From positions 10,944,641 to 11,008,640 of the forward strand of contig NC_081214.1 in NCBI RefSeq assembly GCF_902713425.1: a DNA stretch of 64,000 nucleotides, given 5' to 3'. Position 1 is the first letter of the stretch; each line of letters begins with the position of its first letter. Positions 11,978 through 26,598 of this stretch are shown in pieces. The notes under the pieces were generated by a model. That model had not been told where the DNA came from. It saw only the letters and a list, made by a program, of their open reading frames with translations, and made no database searches. The translations under genes were made by a program, and so were the position numbers. The DNA is from Acipenser ruthenus (lineage: Eukaryota).

Positions 11978-14900
11978 CGGCTCTCCAATTGGTCCCTGGA
12001 ACCTCCCCAGCGCACGCACAATCCCCAGTGATCCCGCGTGGGGTCCCAGCTGCACGCCAAACGGTCCCTGGCACCTCACCAGCACGGGCACTGGGCCCAG
12101 CTAACCCGTGCAGGGTTCCAGCGGCTCGCGAAATGGTCCCTGGCCCCTCACCAGCGCGCGGACGTGCACCAGCGACCCCACGTGGAGTCCCAACGGCTCG
12201 CCAAACCGTCCCTGGCACTTCACCGACACGCGCACGGGCCCCAGCAACCCCGCGCAAGGCCCCAGCGGCACGCCAAACGGTCCCTGGCACCTCCCCAGCA
12301 CGCGCACGGGGCCAGCAAACCCCGTGCGGGTTCCCAGCGAATCGCCAAACGGTCACTGGCATCTCCCCAGCATGCTCACGGGCTCCAGCGACCCCGTGCA
12401 GGGTCCTTGCGGCTCGTCAAATGGTCCCTGGTACCTTCCCAGCGTGCGCACTTTGTCCAACGACCGCACATGAGGTCCCAGCGGCTCGCCAAATGGTCCC
12501 TGGCACCTCCCCAGCGTGCACACGTGGCCCACCGACCCCGTGCAGGTTCCCAGTGACTTGCCAAATGGTAACTTGCACCTCTCCAGCAAACGCATGGGCC
12601 CCAGAGACACAGCGTGTGGTCCCAGCAGCTCGCCAAATGGTCGCTGGCATCTACCCAGTACACGGACAGGGCCCAGCAACCACGCGTGGGGACCCAGCGG
12701 CTCGCAAATGGTCCCTGGCACATCCCCAGCTCGCGCACGGACCCCAGCGACTTTGCGCGGGATCCAAGCAGCTCGCCAAATGCTCCCTGCCACCTCCCCA
12801 GCGCACGCACGGGTCCCAGAGACCCAGTGCGGGATCCAAGCAGCTCGCCAAATGGTCCCTGGCCCCTCCGCAAAAGAGCACAGGGCCCAGCGACCCCGAG
12901 CTTGGTCCTAGTGACTCGACAAATGAACCCTGACACCTCCCCAGTGCGTGCACAAGCCCCAGCGACCCCGCGTGGGGTCCCAGCGGCTCACCAAAATTTC
13001 CCTGGCACCTCCCCGGCGTGTGCACTGGGCCCAGCGATCTCACGCGACGTCCCAGCTGCACGCCAAATGGTCCCTGGCAGTTCCCCAGCGCACGCACGGT
13101 ACCCAGCGAACCCAGGCGAGGTCCCAGCGGCTCGCCAAATGCTCAATGGCACATCCCCAGTACGGGCACGGGCATCAGCGACCACGCGCGGGGTTACAGC
13201 GGCTCGCCAAACAGTCCCTGATACCTCCCCAGCGCGCGCACGGGCCGCAGCGACCCCGCACTTGGACTCAGCGGCTCGGAAAACAGTCCTTGGCACCTTC
13301 GCAGCACGAGCACTGGGCCCAGTGACCCCGCATGGGGCACCAGCGGCATGCCAAACGGTCCCTGGCACCTCCCCAGCACACGCACGGGACCCAGCGACCC
13401 CGTGCATGGTCCCTGAGGCTCGCCAAACGTTCCCTGGCACCTCATCAGCACACGCATGGGCCCCAGCAAACCCACGCGGGGACCCAGCGGCTCGCCAAAT
13501 ACTCCCTGGCACCTCCCCAGCGCGCGCATGTGCACCAGCGACCCCACACGAGGTCCCAACGGCTGGCCAAATGGTAACTGTCACCTCCCCAGCAAACGCA
13601 TGGGCCCCAGAGACACAGCGTGTGGTCCCAGCAGCTCGCCAAATGGTCACTGGCATCTACCCAGTGCACGGACAGGGCCCAGCAACCACGCGTGGGGACC
13701 CAGCGGCTCGCAAATGGTCCCTGGCACATCCCCAGCTCGCGCACGGACCCCAGCGACTTTGCGCGGGATCCAAGCAGCTCGCCAAATGCTCCCTGCCACC
13801 TCCCCAGCGCACGCACGGGTCCCAGAGACCCAGTGCGGGATCCAAGCAGCTCGCCAAATGGTCCCTGGCCCCTCAGCAAAAGAGCACAGGGCCCAGCGAC
13901 CCCGAGCTTGGTCCTAGTGACTCGACAAATGAACCCTGACACCTCCCCAGTGGGTGCACAAGCCCCAGCGACCCCGCGTGGGGTCCCAGCGGCTCACCAA
14001 AATTTCCCTGGCACCTCCCCGGCGTGTGCACTGGGCCCAGCGAACCCAGACGAGGTCCCAGCGGCTGGCCAAACCGACCCTGGCGCCTCCCCAGCTCGCG
14101 CTCGTGCCCCAGCGAACCCACACAGGGTCCCAGCTGCTCGCCAAATGGTCCGTTGCACCTCCCCAGCACGCGCACTGGGCCCAGCGACCCCACGCGGGGT
14201 CTCAGCGGCACGCCAAACGGTCCCTGGCACATTCCCAGCACGCACATTGGCTCCCACGACCACGCGTGGGGTCCCAGTGGCTCGCCAAATTGTCCCTGGC
14301 CCCTCCCCAGCACGCGCACTGGGCCTAGCGACCCCAGGCGGGGTCCTAGCGGCTCGCCAAACTATCCCTGTCACCTCCCCAGCGACTCCGCGTGGGGTCC
14401 CAGCGGCTCGCCAAAATGTCCCTGGCAGCTCCCCAGCACGCGCACTGGGCCCAGCGACCATGTGCGGGGTCCCCGCGGCTCGCAAATGATCCCTGGCACA
14501 TCCGCAACGCGCGCCCGGGCCCCAGCAACTTCGCACGGGGTCCCAGCGGCTCGCCATATGGTCCATGGCACCTTCCCAGCGAGCGCACGGGGCCCAGCGA
14601 CCCCAGGCGGGGTCCCAGCGGCTCGCCTAATGGTCCCTGGCACGTCCTCAGCGCGAGCACGGGCCCCAGAGACCCCGCGCGGGGTCCGAGCAGCTAGCCG
14701 AATGGTCCCTGGCACCTCCCCAGCAGGGGCACTGGGCCCTGCTAACCAGCGCGGGGTCCCAGCGGCACGTCAAACGGTCCCTGGCACCTCCCCAGCAAGC
14801 GCAAGGGCCCCAGCGACTTCGCGCGAGGTCCCAGCGTCTTGCCAAATGGTCCCTGGCACCTCCCCAGCGCGCACTGGGCCCAGCGACCACACGCGGGGTA

Positions 14901-17900
14901 TGAGCGGTTCGCCAAATATTCCCTGGCACCTCCCCAGCACGCGCACTGGGCCCAGCGACCATGCGCGGTGTCCCAGCGGCTCGCAAATGGTCCCTGGCAC
15001 ATCCGCAGCGCGCGCACTGGCCCCAGCAACTTCGCACGGGGTCCCAGCAGCTCACCATATGGTCCATGGCCACTCCCCAGCGAGCGCACGGGGCCCAGCG
15101 ACCCCAGACGGGGTCCCAGCGGCTCGTCTAATGGTCCCTGGCACATCCCCAGCTCGCGCACGGACCCCAGCGACTTTGCGCGGGATCCAAGCAGCTCGCC
15201 AAATGCTCCCTGCCACCTCCCCAGCGCACGCACGGGTCCCAGAGACCCAGTGCAGGATCCAAGCAGCTCGCCAAATGGTCCCTGGCCCCTCCGCAAAAGA
15301 GCACAGGGCCGAGCGACCCCGAGCTTGGTCCTAGTGACTCGACAAATGAACCCTGACACCTCCCCAGTGCGTGCACAAGCCCCAGCGACCCCGCGTGGGG
15401 TCCCAGCGGCTCACCAAAATTTCCCTGGCACCTCCCCGGCGTGTGCACTGGGCCCAGCGATCTCACGCGACGTCCCAGCTGCACGCCAAATGGTCCCTGG
15501 CATTTCCCCAGCGCACGCACGGTACCCAGCGAACCCAGGCGAGGTCCCAGCGGCTCGCCAAATGCTCAATGGCACATCCCCAGTACGGGCACGGGCATCA
15601 GCGACCACGCGCGGGGTTACAGCGGCTCGCCAAACAGTCCCTGATACCTCCCCAGCGCGCGCACGGGCCGCAGCGACTCCGCACTTGGACTCAGCGGCTC
15701 GGAAAACAGTCCTTGGCACCTTCGCAGCACGAGCACTGGGCCCAGCGACCCCGCACGGGGCACCAGCGGCACGCCAAACGTTCCCTGGCACCTCATCAGC
15801 ACACGCATGGGCCCCAGCAAACCCGCGCGGGGACCCAGCGGCTCGCCAAATACTCCCTTGCACCTCCCCAGCGCGTGCATGTGCACCAGCGACCCCACAC
15901 GAGGTCCCAACGGCTGGCCAAACCGACCCTGGCGCCTCCCCAGCTCGCGCACGTGCCCCAGCGAACCCACACAGGGTCCCAGCTGCTCGCCAAATGGTCC
16001 GTTGCACCTCCCCAGCACGCGCACTGGGCCCAGCGACCCCACGCGGGGTCTCAGCGGCACGCCAAACGGTCCCTGGCACATTCCCAGGTCGCACACGGGC
16101 CCCAGCGAACCTGTGCAGGGTCCCAGCGGCTCGCCAAATGGTCCCTTGCACCTCCCCAGCATGCACACAAGGCCCAGCGAACCCACGCGGGGTCCCAGCA
16201 GCATGCCAAACGGTCCCTGGCATTTCCCCAACATGCGCACAACGCGCAAGCTTCCAGCGGCACTCCAAACGGTGTCTGGCACCTCCCCAGCACGCGCATG
16301 GTGCCCAGCGACCCCGCGCGGAGTCCCAGCGGTGCCAAACTCTCCCTGACACCTCCCCAGAGCACGCACAGACACTAGCGACGCCACACGGGGACACAGC
16401 AGATCGCCAAATGGTCCCTGGCACCTCCCCAGCACGTGCACAAGGGCCAGCGACCACGAACTGGATCCTAGCGGCTCGCCAAAAAGTTCCTGGCACCTCC
16501 CCAGGACGCGTACTGGGCCCAACGACCCTGCGCAGGGTACCAGCGGCTCACCAAATGGTCCCTCACACCTCCCCAGCATGCGCACGGGCCCCAGCGACCC
16601 TGTGCGGGGTCCCTGCGGCTCGCCAAATAGTCCCTGGTACCTCCCCAGCGCGCACACGTGCACCAGCGACCCCACGTGGAGTCCCAATGGCTCGCCAAAC
16701 CGTCCCTGGCGCCTCCCCAGCACGCGCACGGACACTAGCGACCCTACGCGGGGACACAGCGGATCACCAAACCATCCCTGGTGCCTCCAAAGCACGCAGA
16801 TGGGCCCCAGCGACCCCGCACGAGGTCCCACCAACTCGTCACACGGTCCCTGGCACCTCCCAGCGAGCGCACAGGGCCCAGCAAACCCGTGTGGGGTCCT
16901 AGCGACTCGCCAAAAGGTCTTTGGCACCTACCCATTGCACGCACAGGGCCCAGCAACCACGCGTGGGGACCCAGCGGCTCGCAAATGGTCCCTGGCACAT
17001 CCCCAGCGTGCGCACGGACCCCAGCGACTTTGCGCGGGGTCCAAGCAGCTCGCCACATGCTCCCTGCCACCTCCCCAGCGCACGCACGGGTCCCAGAGAC
17101 CCAGTGCGGGATCCAAGCAGCTCGCCAAATGGTCCCTGGCCCCTCCGCAAAAGAGCACAGGGCCCAGCGACCCCACGCGTGGTCCCAGCGGCTCGCCAAA
17201 ATGTCCCTGGCACATCCCCAGTGCACGCACTGGGCCCAGCGACCGCACGCGGTCCCAACATCTTGCAAAATGGTCCCTGGCACCTCCCCTAGCGTGCACA
17301 GGGCCCCAGCAACCCCGCGCAGGATCCCAGCGGCTCGCCAAACAGTCCCTGGCACCTCCCCAACACGCGCACGGAACCCAGCGACCCCGCGCGGGGTCCA
17401 AGCGGTTCGCCAAATGATTCCTGGCACCTCCCCAGCACACGCACGGGGCCCAGCGAACCCACACGGGGTCCCAGCAGCATGCCAAACGGTCCCTGGCATT
17501 TCCCCAACATGCGCACAGGGCCCAGCGACAATGCGCGAGGTTCCAGCGGCACTCCAAACGGTGTCTGGCACCTCCCCAGCACGCGCATGGTGCCCAGCGA
17601 CCCCGCGCGGAGTCCCAGCGGCGCGCCAAACTGTCCCTGACACCTCCCCAGAGCATGCACAGACACTATCGACCCCACACGGGGACACAAAAGATCGCCA
17701 AATCGTCCCTGGCACCTCCCCAACACGCGCACAAGGCCCAGCGACCACGAACTGGGTCCTAGAGGCTCGCCAAATGGTCCCTGGAACCTCCCCAGCGCAC
17801 GCACAATCCCCAGCGATCCCGCATGGGGTCCCAGCTGCACGCCAAACGGTCCCTGGCACCTCACCAGCACGGGCACTGGGCCCAGCTAACCCGTGCAGGG

Positions 17901-20900
17901 TCCCAGCGGCAAGCAAAACAGTCCCTGGCACCTGCCCAGCGCGAGCACAGGCCCCAGAGACCCCGCACGAGGTCCCAACGGCTCGCCAAAATGCTCCCTG
18001 GCACCTTCCCAGCGCGTGCACAAGCCCCAGCGACCCCTCGTGGGGTCCCAGCTGCTCGCCAAAGTGTCCCTGGCACCTCCCAAGCGCGCGCATGGGTCCC
18101 AGCGACTTCACCAAGGGTCCCAGTGGCTCGCCAAAGTGTCCCTGGCCCCTCCCCAGCGCGTGCAGGGAGCCCAGCAACCCCGCGAGGGGTCCCAGCGGCT
18201 CGCCAACATGTCCCTGGCACCTCCCCAGCACGCGCACTGTGCCCAGCAACCTCGTGCCGGGTCCCAGCGGCCCGCCAAACGGTCTCTGGCAGCTCCCCAG
18301 CTCGTGCACGGTGCCTAGCGACCCCATGCGGAGTTCCAGCGGCTCGCCAAATCGTCCCTGGCGCCTCCCCAGCGAGCGCATGGGCCCCAACAATCCCGCG
18401 AGGGGTCCCAGCTGCTTGACAAATGGTCCCTGGCACCACCCCAGCACACGCACGGGGTTCCAGGGCATGCTGCATGCTGGGGAGGTGCGTGTCCCAGCGG
18501 CTCGCCAAATGTTCCCTAGCACCTCTCCAGCACGCGCACGGACATTGGCGACCCCACGCGGGGTCTCAGCGGCTCACCAAATGGTCCCTGGCACCTCCCA
18601 GTAGTGCGCCTGGTCCCCAGAAACTTCGCCTGTGATCCAAGCGGCTTGCCAAACTGTCCCTGGCACATCCCAGCGCGAGCACTGGAACCAGCGACCTTGC
18701 GCGGGGTCCCACAGGCTCGCCAAAATGTCCCTGGCACCTCCCTAGCACGCACGGGCACCGGCGACCGCGTACGTGGTCTGAGATGCTCGCCAAATGCTCC
18801 CTGACAACTCCCCAGCACGTGCACTGGGTCCAGCGACGCTGCGCGGGGTCCCAGCGGCTCGCAAAATGGTCCCTGACACCTCACTAGCGCGCACGTGCAC
18901 CAGCGACCACGTCCGGGGTCCAAACGGCTCTCCAAATGGTCCCTGGCTCCTCCCCAGCATGCGCAATGGGCCCAGCGACCCCGCGCGGGGCTCCCAGCGG
19001 CACGCCACACGGTCCATGGCACCTCCCAAGCATGCACACGGTCCCCAGCGAACCCGCGCGGGGTACCAGTAGCTAGCCAAATGGTACATGGCACATCCCG
19101 AGCATGCGCACTGGGCCCAGCGACCCTGTGCGGTGTCCCTGCGGCTCGCCAAATAGTCCCTGGCACCTCCCCAGCACGCCCACGGGGCCCAACAATCCGG
19201 CGTGGGATCCCAGCGGCTCGCCAAACGGTGCCTCGCACCTCCCCAGTACGGGCACGGGCCCCAGCGAACCCGTACGGGGTCACAGCGACTCGCCAAATGG
19301 TCCCTGGCACCTCACCAGCACGCGCACAAGGCCAGCGAACCCACGCGGGGTCCCAACAGCACACCAAACGGTCCCTGGAATCTCCCCAGCACACGCACTG
19401 GGCCCAGCGACCACGCGCAGGGTCCTAGCGGCTCGCCAAACAGTCCCTGGCACCTCCCCAGCATGCACACGGGCCCCAGCCACCCTGTGCGGGGTTCCTG
19501 CGGCTCGACAAATAGTCCCTGGTACCTCCCCATCGCGCGCACATCCACCAACGAACCCCACGCGGAGTCCCAACGGCTCGCCAAACCGTTCCTGGCTCCT
19601 CACCAGCGAGCGCACGGGCCCCAGCGACCCTGCACGGGATCCCTGCTGCTAGCCAAATGGTCCCTGGCACCTCACCAGCACGCACACCGGGCCCAGCGAC
19701 CCCGCACGGGGTCCCAGCGGCTCACCAAACAGTCCCTGGCACCTCCCCAGCACGGGCACGGGACCCAGCGACCCCGCACGGGGTCCCAGCGGCTCACCAA
19801 ATGCTCCCTGGCACCTCCCCAGCTCGCGCACGTGCGCCACCGACCCCACACGAGTTCCCAACGGCTAGCAAAACCGTCCCTGGCGCCTCACCAGCGAGCG
19901 CATGGGCCCCAGCAATTCCGCACGGGGTCCCAGCTGCTTGGCAAATGGTCCCTGGCACCACCCCAGCACGTGCACGGGCCCCAGCGACCCCGTGCGGGGT
20001 CCCAGAGGCTCGCCAAATGGCCCCTAGCACCTCCCCAGCACGCGCACGGACACTAGCGACCCCACGAGGGGTCTCAGTGGCTCGGCAAATGGTCCCTGGC
20101 ACCTCCCCAGAGTGCGCACGGGCCCCAGAAACTTCGCCCGTGGTCCAAGCGGCTTGCCAAACTGTACCTGGCACATCCCCAGCGCGCGCACTGGAACCAG
20201 CGACCCCGCGCAGGATCCCAGCGGCACGCCAAATGATCCCTGGCACCTCCCCAGAGTGCGCACGGGCCCCAGAAACTTCACCCGTGGTCCAAGCGGCTTG
20301 CCAAACTGTCCCTGGCACCTCCCCAGCACGCTCACAGGGTCCAGCAACCATGCGTGGGGGTCCCAACGTCTCGCAAATGGTCCCTGGCCCCTCCCCAGCG
20401 TGCGAAGGGGGCCAAGCGACCCCGCGCGGGGTCCCAGCGGCTCGCCAAATGATATATGGCACCTCCCCAACACGCGCACTGGGCCCAGCGATCCGGCGTG
20501 GGGTCCCAGCGGCTCGCCAGACTGTGCCTCGCACCTCCCCAGGTCGAGCACGGGCCCCAGCGAACCTGTGCAGGGTCCCAGCGGCTCGCCAAATGGTCCC
20601 TTGCACCTCCCCAGCACGCACACAAGGCCCAGCGAACCCACGCGGGGTCCCAGCAGCATGCCAAACGGTCCCTGGCATTTCCCTAGCACAGGCACAGGAC
20701 CCAGCGACCCCGCAGGGGTCCCAGCGGCTCACCAAATGCTCCCTGGCACCTCCCCAGCTCGCGCACGTGCGCCACCGACCCCACACGAGTTCCCAACGGC
20801 TCGCAAAACATGTGCACAGGGCCCAGCGAAAACGCGCGAGGTTCCAGCGGCACTCCAAACGGTGTCTGGCACCTCCCCAGCACGTGCATGGTGCCCAGCG

Positions 20901-23900
20901 ACCCCGCGCGGAATTCCAGCGGCGCGCCAAACTGTCCCTGACACCTCCCCAGAGCACGCACAGACACTAGCGATCCCACACGGGGACACAGCAGATCGCC
21001 AAATGGTCCCTGGCACCTCCCCAGCACGTGCACTGGGCCCAGCGACCACGAACTGGGTACTAGCGGCTCGCCAAAAAGTCCCTGGCACCTCCCCAGCACG
21101 CGCACTGGGCCCAGCGACCCCGCGCAGGGTACCAGCGGCTCGCCAAACGGTCCCTCGTACCTCCCCAGCATGCACACGGGCCCCAGCCACCCTGTGTGGG
21201 GTCCCTGCGGCTCGCCAAATAGTCCCTGGTACCTCCCCATCGCGCGCACGTCCACCAGCGAACCCCACGCGGAGTCCCAGCGGCTCGCCAAACCGTTCCT
21301 GGCGCCTCACCAGCGAGCGCACGGGCCCCAGCGACCCTGCACGGGATCCCTGCTGCTAGCCAAATGGTCCCTGGCACCTCACCAGCACACACACCAGGCC
21401 CAGCGACCCATCGCGGTGTCCCAGCGGCTCACCAAACAGTCCCTGGCACCTCCCCAGCAGGCGTACTGTGCCCAGCAACCTCGTGCCGGGTCCCAGCGGC
21501 CCGCCAAACGGTCTCTGGCAGCTCCCAAGCATGCATACGGTCCCCAGCGAACCCGCGCGGGGTACCAGTAGCTAGCCAAATGGTACATGGCACATCCCGA
21601 GCATGCGCACTGGGCCCAGCGACCCTGTGCGGTGTCCCTGCGGCTCGCCAAATAGTCCCTGGCACCTCCCCAGCACGCCCACGGGGCCCAACAATCCGGC
21701 GTGGGATCCCAGCGGCTCGCCAAACGGTGCCTCGCACCTCCCCAGTACGGGCACGGGCCCCAGCGAACCCGTACGGGGTCACAGCGACTCGCCAAATGGT
21801 CCCTGGCACCTCACCAGCACGCGCACAAGGTCAGCGAACCCACGCGGGGTCCCAACAGCACACCAAACGGTCCCTGGAATCTCCCCAGCACACGCACTGG
21901 GCCCAGCGACCACGCGCAGGGTCCTAGCGGCTCGCCAAACAGTCCCTGGCACCTCCCCAGCATGCACACGGGCCCCAGCCACCCTGTGCGGGGTCCCTGC
22001 GGCTCGACAAATAGTCCCTGGTACCTCCCCATCGCGCGCACATCCACCAACGAACCCCACGCGGAGTCCCAACGGCTCGCCAAACCGTTCCTGGCTCCTC
22101 ACCAGCGAGCGCACGGGCCCCAGCGACCCTGCACGGGATCCCTGCTGCTAGCCAAATGGTCCCTGGCACCTCACCAGCACGCACACCGGGCCCAGCGACC
22201 CCGCACGGGGTCCCAGCGGCTCACCAAACAGTCCCTGGCACCTCCCCAGCACGGGCACGGGACCCAGCGACCCCGCACGGGGTCCCAGCGGCTCACCAAA
22301 TGCTCCCTGGCACCTCCCCAGCTCGCGCACGTGCGCCACCGACCCCACACGAGTTCCCAACGGCTCGCAAAACCGTCCCTGGCGCCTCACCAGCGAGCGC
22401 ATGGGTCCCAGCAATCCCACACGGGGTCCCAGCTGCTTTGCAAATGGTCCCTGGCACCACCCCAGCACGCGCACGGGCCCAGCGACCACGCTCAGGGGTC
22501 CCAGCGGCACGACAAACGGTCGCTGGCACCTCACCAGCACGCGCACAAGGCCCAGCGAACCCACGCGGGGTCCCAACAGCACACCAAACGGTCCCTGGAA
22601 TCTCCCCAGCACGCGCACTGGGCCCAGCGACCACGCGCAGGGTCCTAGCGGCTCGCCAAACAGTCCCTGGCACCTCCCCAGCACGGGCACGGGACCCAGC
22701 GACACTGCGTGGGGTCCCTGAGGCTCTCCAAATACTCCCTGGCACCTCCCCAGCGTGCGCACGTACGCCACCGACCCCACACGAGTTCACAACGGCTCGC
22801 CAAAGCGACCCTGGCGCCTACCCAGCGCGCGCATGTGCCCCAGCGACCTCGCGCAGGGTCCCAGCGGTTCACCAAATCGTCCCTGGTACATCCCCATCGC
22901 AGGCACGGGCCCCAGCAACCCTACGCAGGGTCCCAGCGGCTCGCCAAACGGTCCCTGGCACCTCCCAGTAGTGCGCCTGGTCCCCAGAAACTTCGCCCGT
23001 GGTCCAAGCGGCTTGCCAAACTGTCCCTGGCACATCCCCAGCACAGGGTTCAGCAACCATGCGCAGGGGGTCCCAGCATCTCGCAAATGGTCCCTGGCCC
23101 CTCCCCAGTGTGCGAAGGGGGCCAGGCGACACCGCGCGGGGTCCCTGCGGCTCGCCAAATGGTCCCTGGCACCTATACAGCAAGCACACAGAGCCCAGCA
23201 ACCACACTTGTGTTCCCAGCGGCTCGCAAATGGTCCCTGGCACATCCCCAGCTCGCGAACGGGCCCTAGCGACTTTATGCAGGGTCCCAGCGGCTCGCCA
23301 AATGGTCCCTAGTCCCGCCACAGCACGCACATGTGCCCCAGCGACCTCGCACAGGGTCCCAGCGGCTTGCAATTGGTCCCTGGCACCTCCCCAGCGCGCT
23401 CACAGGGTCCAGCAACCATGCGCGGGGGTCCCAACGTCTCGCAAATAGTCCCTGGCCCCTCCCCAGCGTGCGAAGGGGGCCATGCGACCCCGCGTGGGGT
23501 CCCAGCGGCTCGCCAAGTGATATATGGCACCTCCCCAGCACGCGCACTGGGCCCAGCGATCCGGCGTGGGGTCCCAGCGGCTCGCCAGACTGTGCCTCGC
23601 ACCTCCCCAGGTCGAGCACGGGCCCCAGCGAACCTGTGCAGGGTCCCAGCGGCTCGCCAAATGGTCCCTTGCACCTCCCCAGCACGCACACAAGGCCCAG
23701 CGAACCCACGCGGGGTCCCAGCAGCATGCCAAACGGTCCCTGGCATTTCCCCAGCACGGGCACAGGACCCAGCGACCCCGCACGGGGTCCCAGCGGCTCA
23801 CCAAATGCTCCCTGGCACCTCCCCAGCTCGCGCACGTGCGCCACCGACCCCACACGAGTTCCCAACGGCTCGCAAAACCGACCCTGGCACCTCCCCAGCG

Positions 23901-26598
23901 AGCGCATGGGCCCCAGCAATCCCACGCGGGGTTCCAGCTGCTTTGCAAATGGTCCCTGGCACCACCCCAGCACGCGCACGGACATTGGCGACCCCACGCG
24001 GGGTCTCAGCGGCTTGCCAAACGGTCCCTGGAACCTCCCAGTAGTGCACCTGGTCTCCAGAATCTTCGCCCGTGGTCCCAGCGGCATGCCAAACGGTCTC
24101 TGGCACCTCCCCAGCACGCACACGGTGCCCAGCGACCCCACGCGGAGTCCCAGCGGCTCGCCAAACTGTCGCTGGCGCCTCCCAAGCATGTACTGGGCCC
24201 AGCGACCACGCGCAGGGTCCTAGCGGCTCGCCAAACTGTGCCTCGCACCTCCCCAGGTCGCGCACGGGCCCCAGCGAACCTGTGCAGGGTCCCAGCGGCT
24301 CGCCAAATGGTCCCTTGCACCTCCCCAGCACGCACACAAGGCCCAGCGAACTCACGCGGGGTCCCAGCATCATGCCAAATGGTCCCTGGCATTTCCCCAA
24401 CATGCGCACAACGCGCGAGGTTCCAGCGGCACTCCAAACGGTGTCTGGCACCTCCCCAGCACGCGCATGGTGCCCAGCGACCCCGCGCGGAGTCCCAGCG
24501 GTGCCAAACTGTCCCTGACACCTCCCCAGAGCACGCACAGACACTAGCGACGCCACACGGGGACACAGCAGATCGCCAAATGGTCCCTGGCACCTCCCCA
24601 GGATGCGTACTGGGCCCAGCGACCCCGCACAGGGTACCAGCTGCTCGCCAAATGGTCCCTCACACCTCCCCAGCATGCGCACGGGCCCCAGCGACCCTGT
24701 GCGGGGTCCCTGCGCGGGGTCCCTGCGGCTCGCCAAATAGTCCCTGGTACCTCCCCAGCGCGCGCACGTGCACCAGCGACCCCACGTGGAGTCCCAATGG
24801 CTCGCCAAACCGTCCCTGGCACCTCCCCAGCGCGCGCACGGGCCCCAGCGACCCCACGCGGGGTCCCAGTGGCACGCCAAACTGTCCCTGACACCTCCTC
24901 AGAGCGCGCACGGACACTAGCGACCCTACGCGGGGACACAGCGGATCGCCAAACCGTCCCTGGTGCCTCCAAAGCACGCAGATGGGCCCCAGCGACCCCG
25001 CACGAGGTCCCACCTACTCGCCACACGGTCCCTGGCACCTCCCAGCAGCTCGCCAAATGGTACATGGCACCTCCCTAGTACGCCCACGGGGCCCAGCGAT
25101 CCGGCGTTGGGACCCAGCAGCTCACCAAACGGTGCCTCGCACCTCCCTAGTACGCGCACGGGCCCCAGCAAATCTGCGCGGGGTCCCAGCGGCTCGCCAA
25201 ATGGTCCCTGGCACCTCCCCAGCACGCACACGGGCCCCAGCCACCCTGTGCGGGGTCCCTGCGGCTCGCCAAATAGTCCCTGGTACCTCCCCAGCACGCA
25301 CACGGGCCCTGTCCACTTCGCGCATACTCCAAGCAGCTCGCCAAACTGTCCCACCTCCCCAGTGCGCAAACGGGGCGCAGCGACCTCGCATTGGGTCCCA
25401 GTCTCGCCAAATGGTCCCTGGCACCTACCCAGCAAGCGCACAGGGCCCAGCACCCACGTGTGGGGTCCCAGCGGCTCGCAAATGGTCCCTGGCACATCCC
25501 CAGCGCGCGCTGGCCCCAGCGGCTTGCCAAACCATCCCTGGCGCCTCCCCAGCACACACACGGGCACAAGAGACCCCGTGCGGGGTCCCAGCGGCTCACC
25601 AAATGGTCTCTGGCACCTAACCAGCGCAAGGACAGCGCCCAGCAACCCCCCGCATGGTCCAAGCGGCTCAGGAAATGGTCCCTGGCACCTCCCCAGAGCG
25701 AGCACAGACACTAACAACCCCACGCGGGGAAACAGCAGCTCGCCAAACCGTCCCTGGTGCCTCCAAAGCACGCGGATGGGCCCCAGCGACCCCGCACGAG
25801 GTCCCACCTACTCGCCACACGGTCCCTGGCACCTCCCAGCAGCTCGCCAAATGGTACATGGCACCTCTCCATCACGCCCACGGGGCCCAGCGATCCGGCG
25901 TTGGGTCCCAGCAGCTCACCAAACGGTGCCTCGCACCTCCCTAGTACGCGCACGGGCCCCCGCGAATCTGCGCGGGGTCCCAGCGGCTCGCCAAATGGTC
26001 CCTGGCACCTCCCCAGCACGCACACGGGCCCTATCTACTTCGCGCATACTCCAAGCAGCTCGCCAAACTGTCCCTGGCACCTCCCCAGTGCACGCACGGG
26101 GCGCAGCGACCTCGCATAGGGTCCCAGAGGCTCGTCAAATGGTCCCTGGCACCTACCCAGCGAGCGCACTGGGCCCAGCGAACCTGCACAGGGTACCAGC
26201 GGCTCACCAAACGGTCCCTCGCATCTCCCCAGCACGCACACGGGCCCCAGCCACCCTGTGCGGGGTCCCTGCGGCTCGCCAAACTGTCCCTGGCACCTCC
26301 CCAGTGCGCAAACGGGGCGCAAACGGGGCGCAGCAACCTCGCATTGGGTCCCAGTCTCGCCAAATGGTCCCTGGCACCTACCCAGCGCGCGCTGGCCCCA
26401 GCGACTCGCCAAATGGTCCCTGGCACCTCCCCATCGCGCTCATTGGCACCAGCGACCCCACGCGGGGTCCCAGCAGCTTGCCAAACCATCCCTGGCGCCT
26501 CCCCAGTACACACACGGGCACAAGAGACCCCGTGCGGGGTCCCAGCGGCTCGCCAAATGGTCTCTGGCACCTAACCAGCGCAAGGACAGCGCCCAGGA
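11978..26598. repeat. About 72-bp GC- and CpG-rich tandem satellite (about 200 copies) with higher-order repeats
   Basis: The monomer is approximately CGCCAAATGGTCCCTGGCACCTCCCCAGCACGCGCACGGGCCCCAGCGACCCCGCGCGGGGTCCCAGCGGCT. Identical ORF-track translations recur at +1006 (12614 and 13620), +2423 (13097 and 15520) and +2499 (19104 and 21603). Both junctions are abrupt: into the 25-bp satellite at about 11977 and into the 3-kb array at about 26598. Confidence 0.9.

Noticed and set aside
11978-26598. The GC-rich 72-bp array as rDNA intergenic-spacer subrepeats implying nearby rRNA genes
   Set aside because: No 18S, 5.8S or 28S sequence is present in the window. It is kept only as a hypothesis in the findings.
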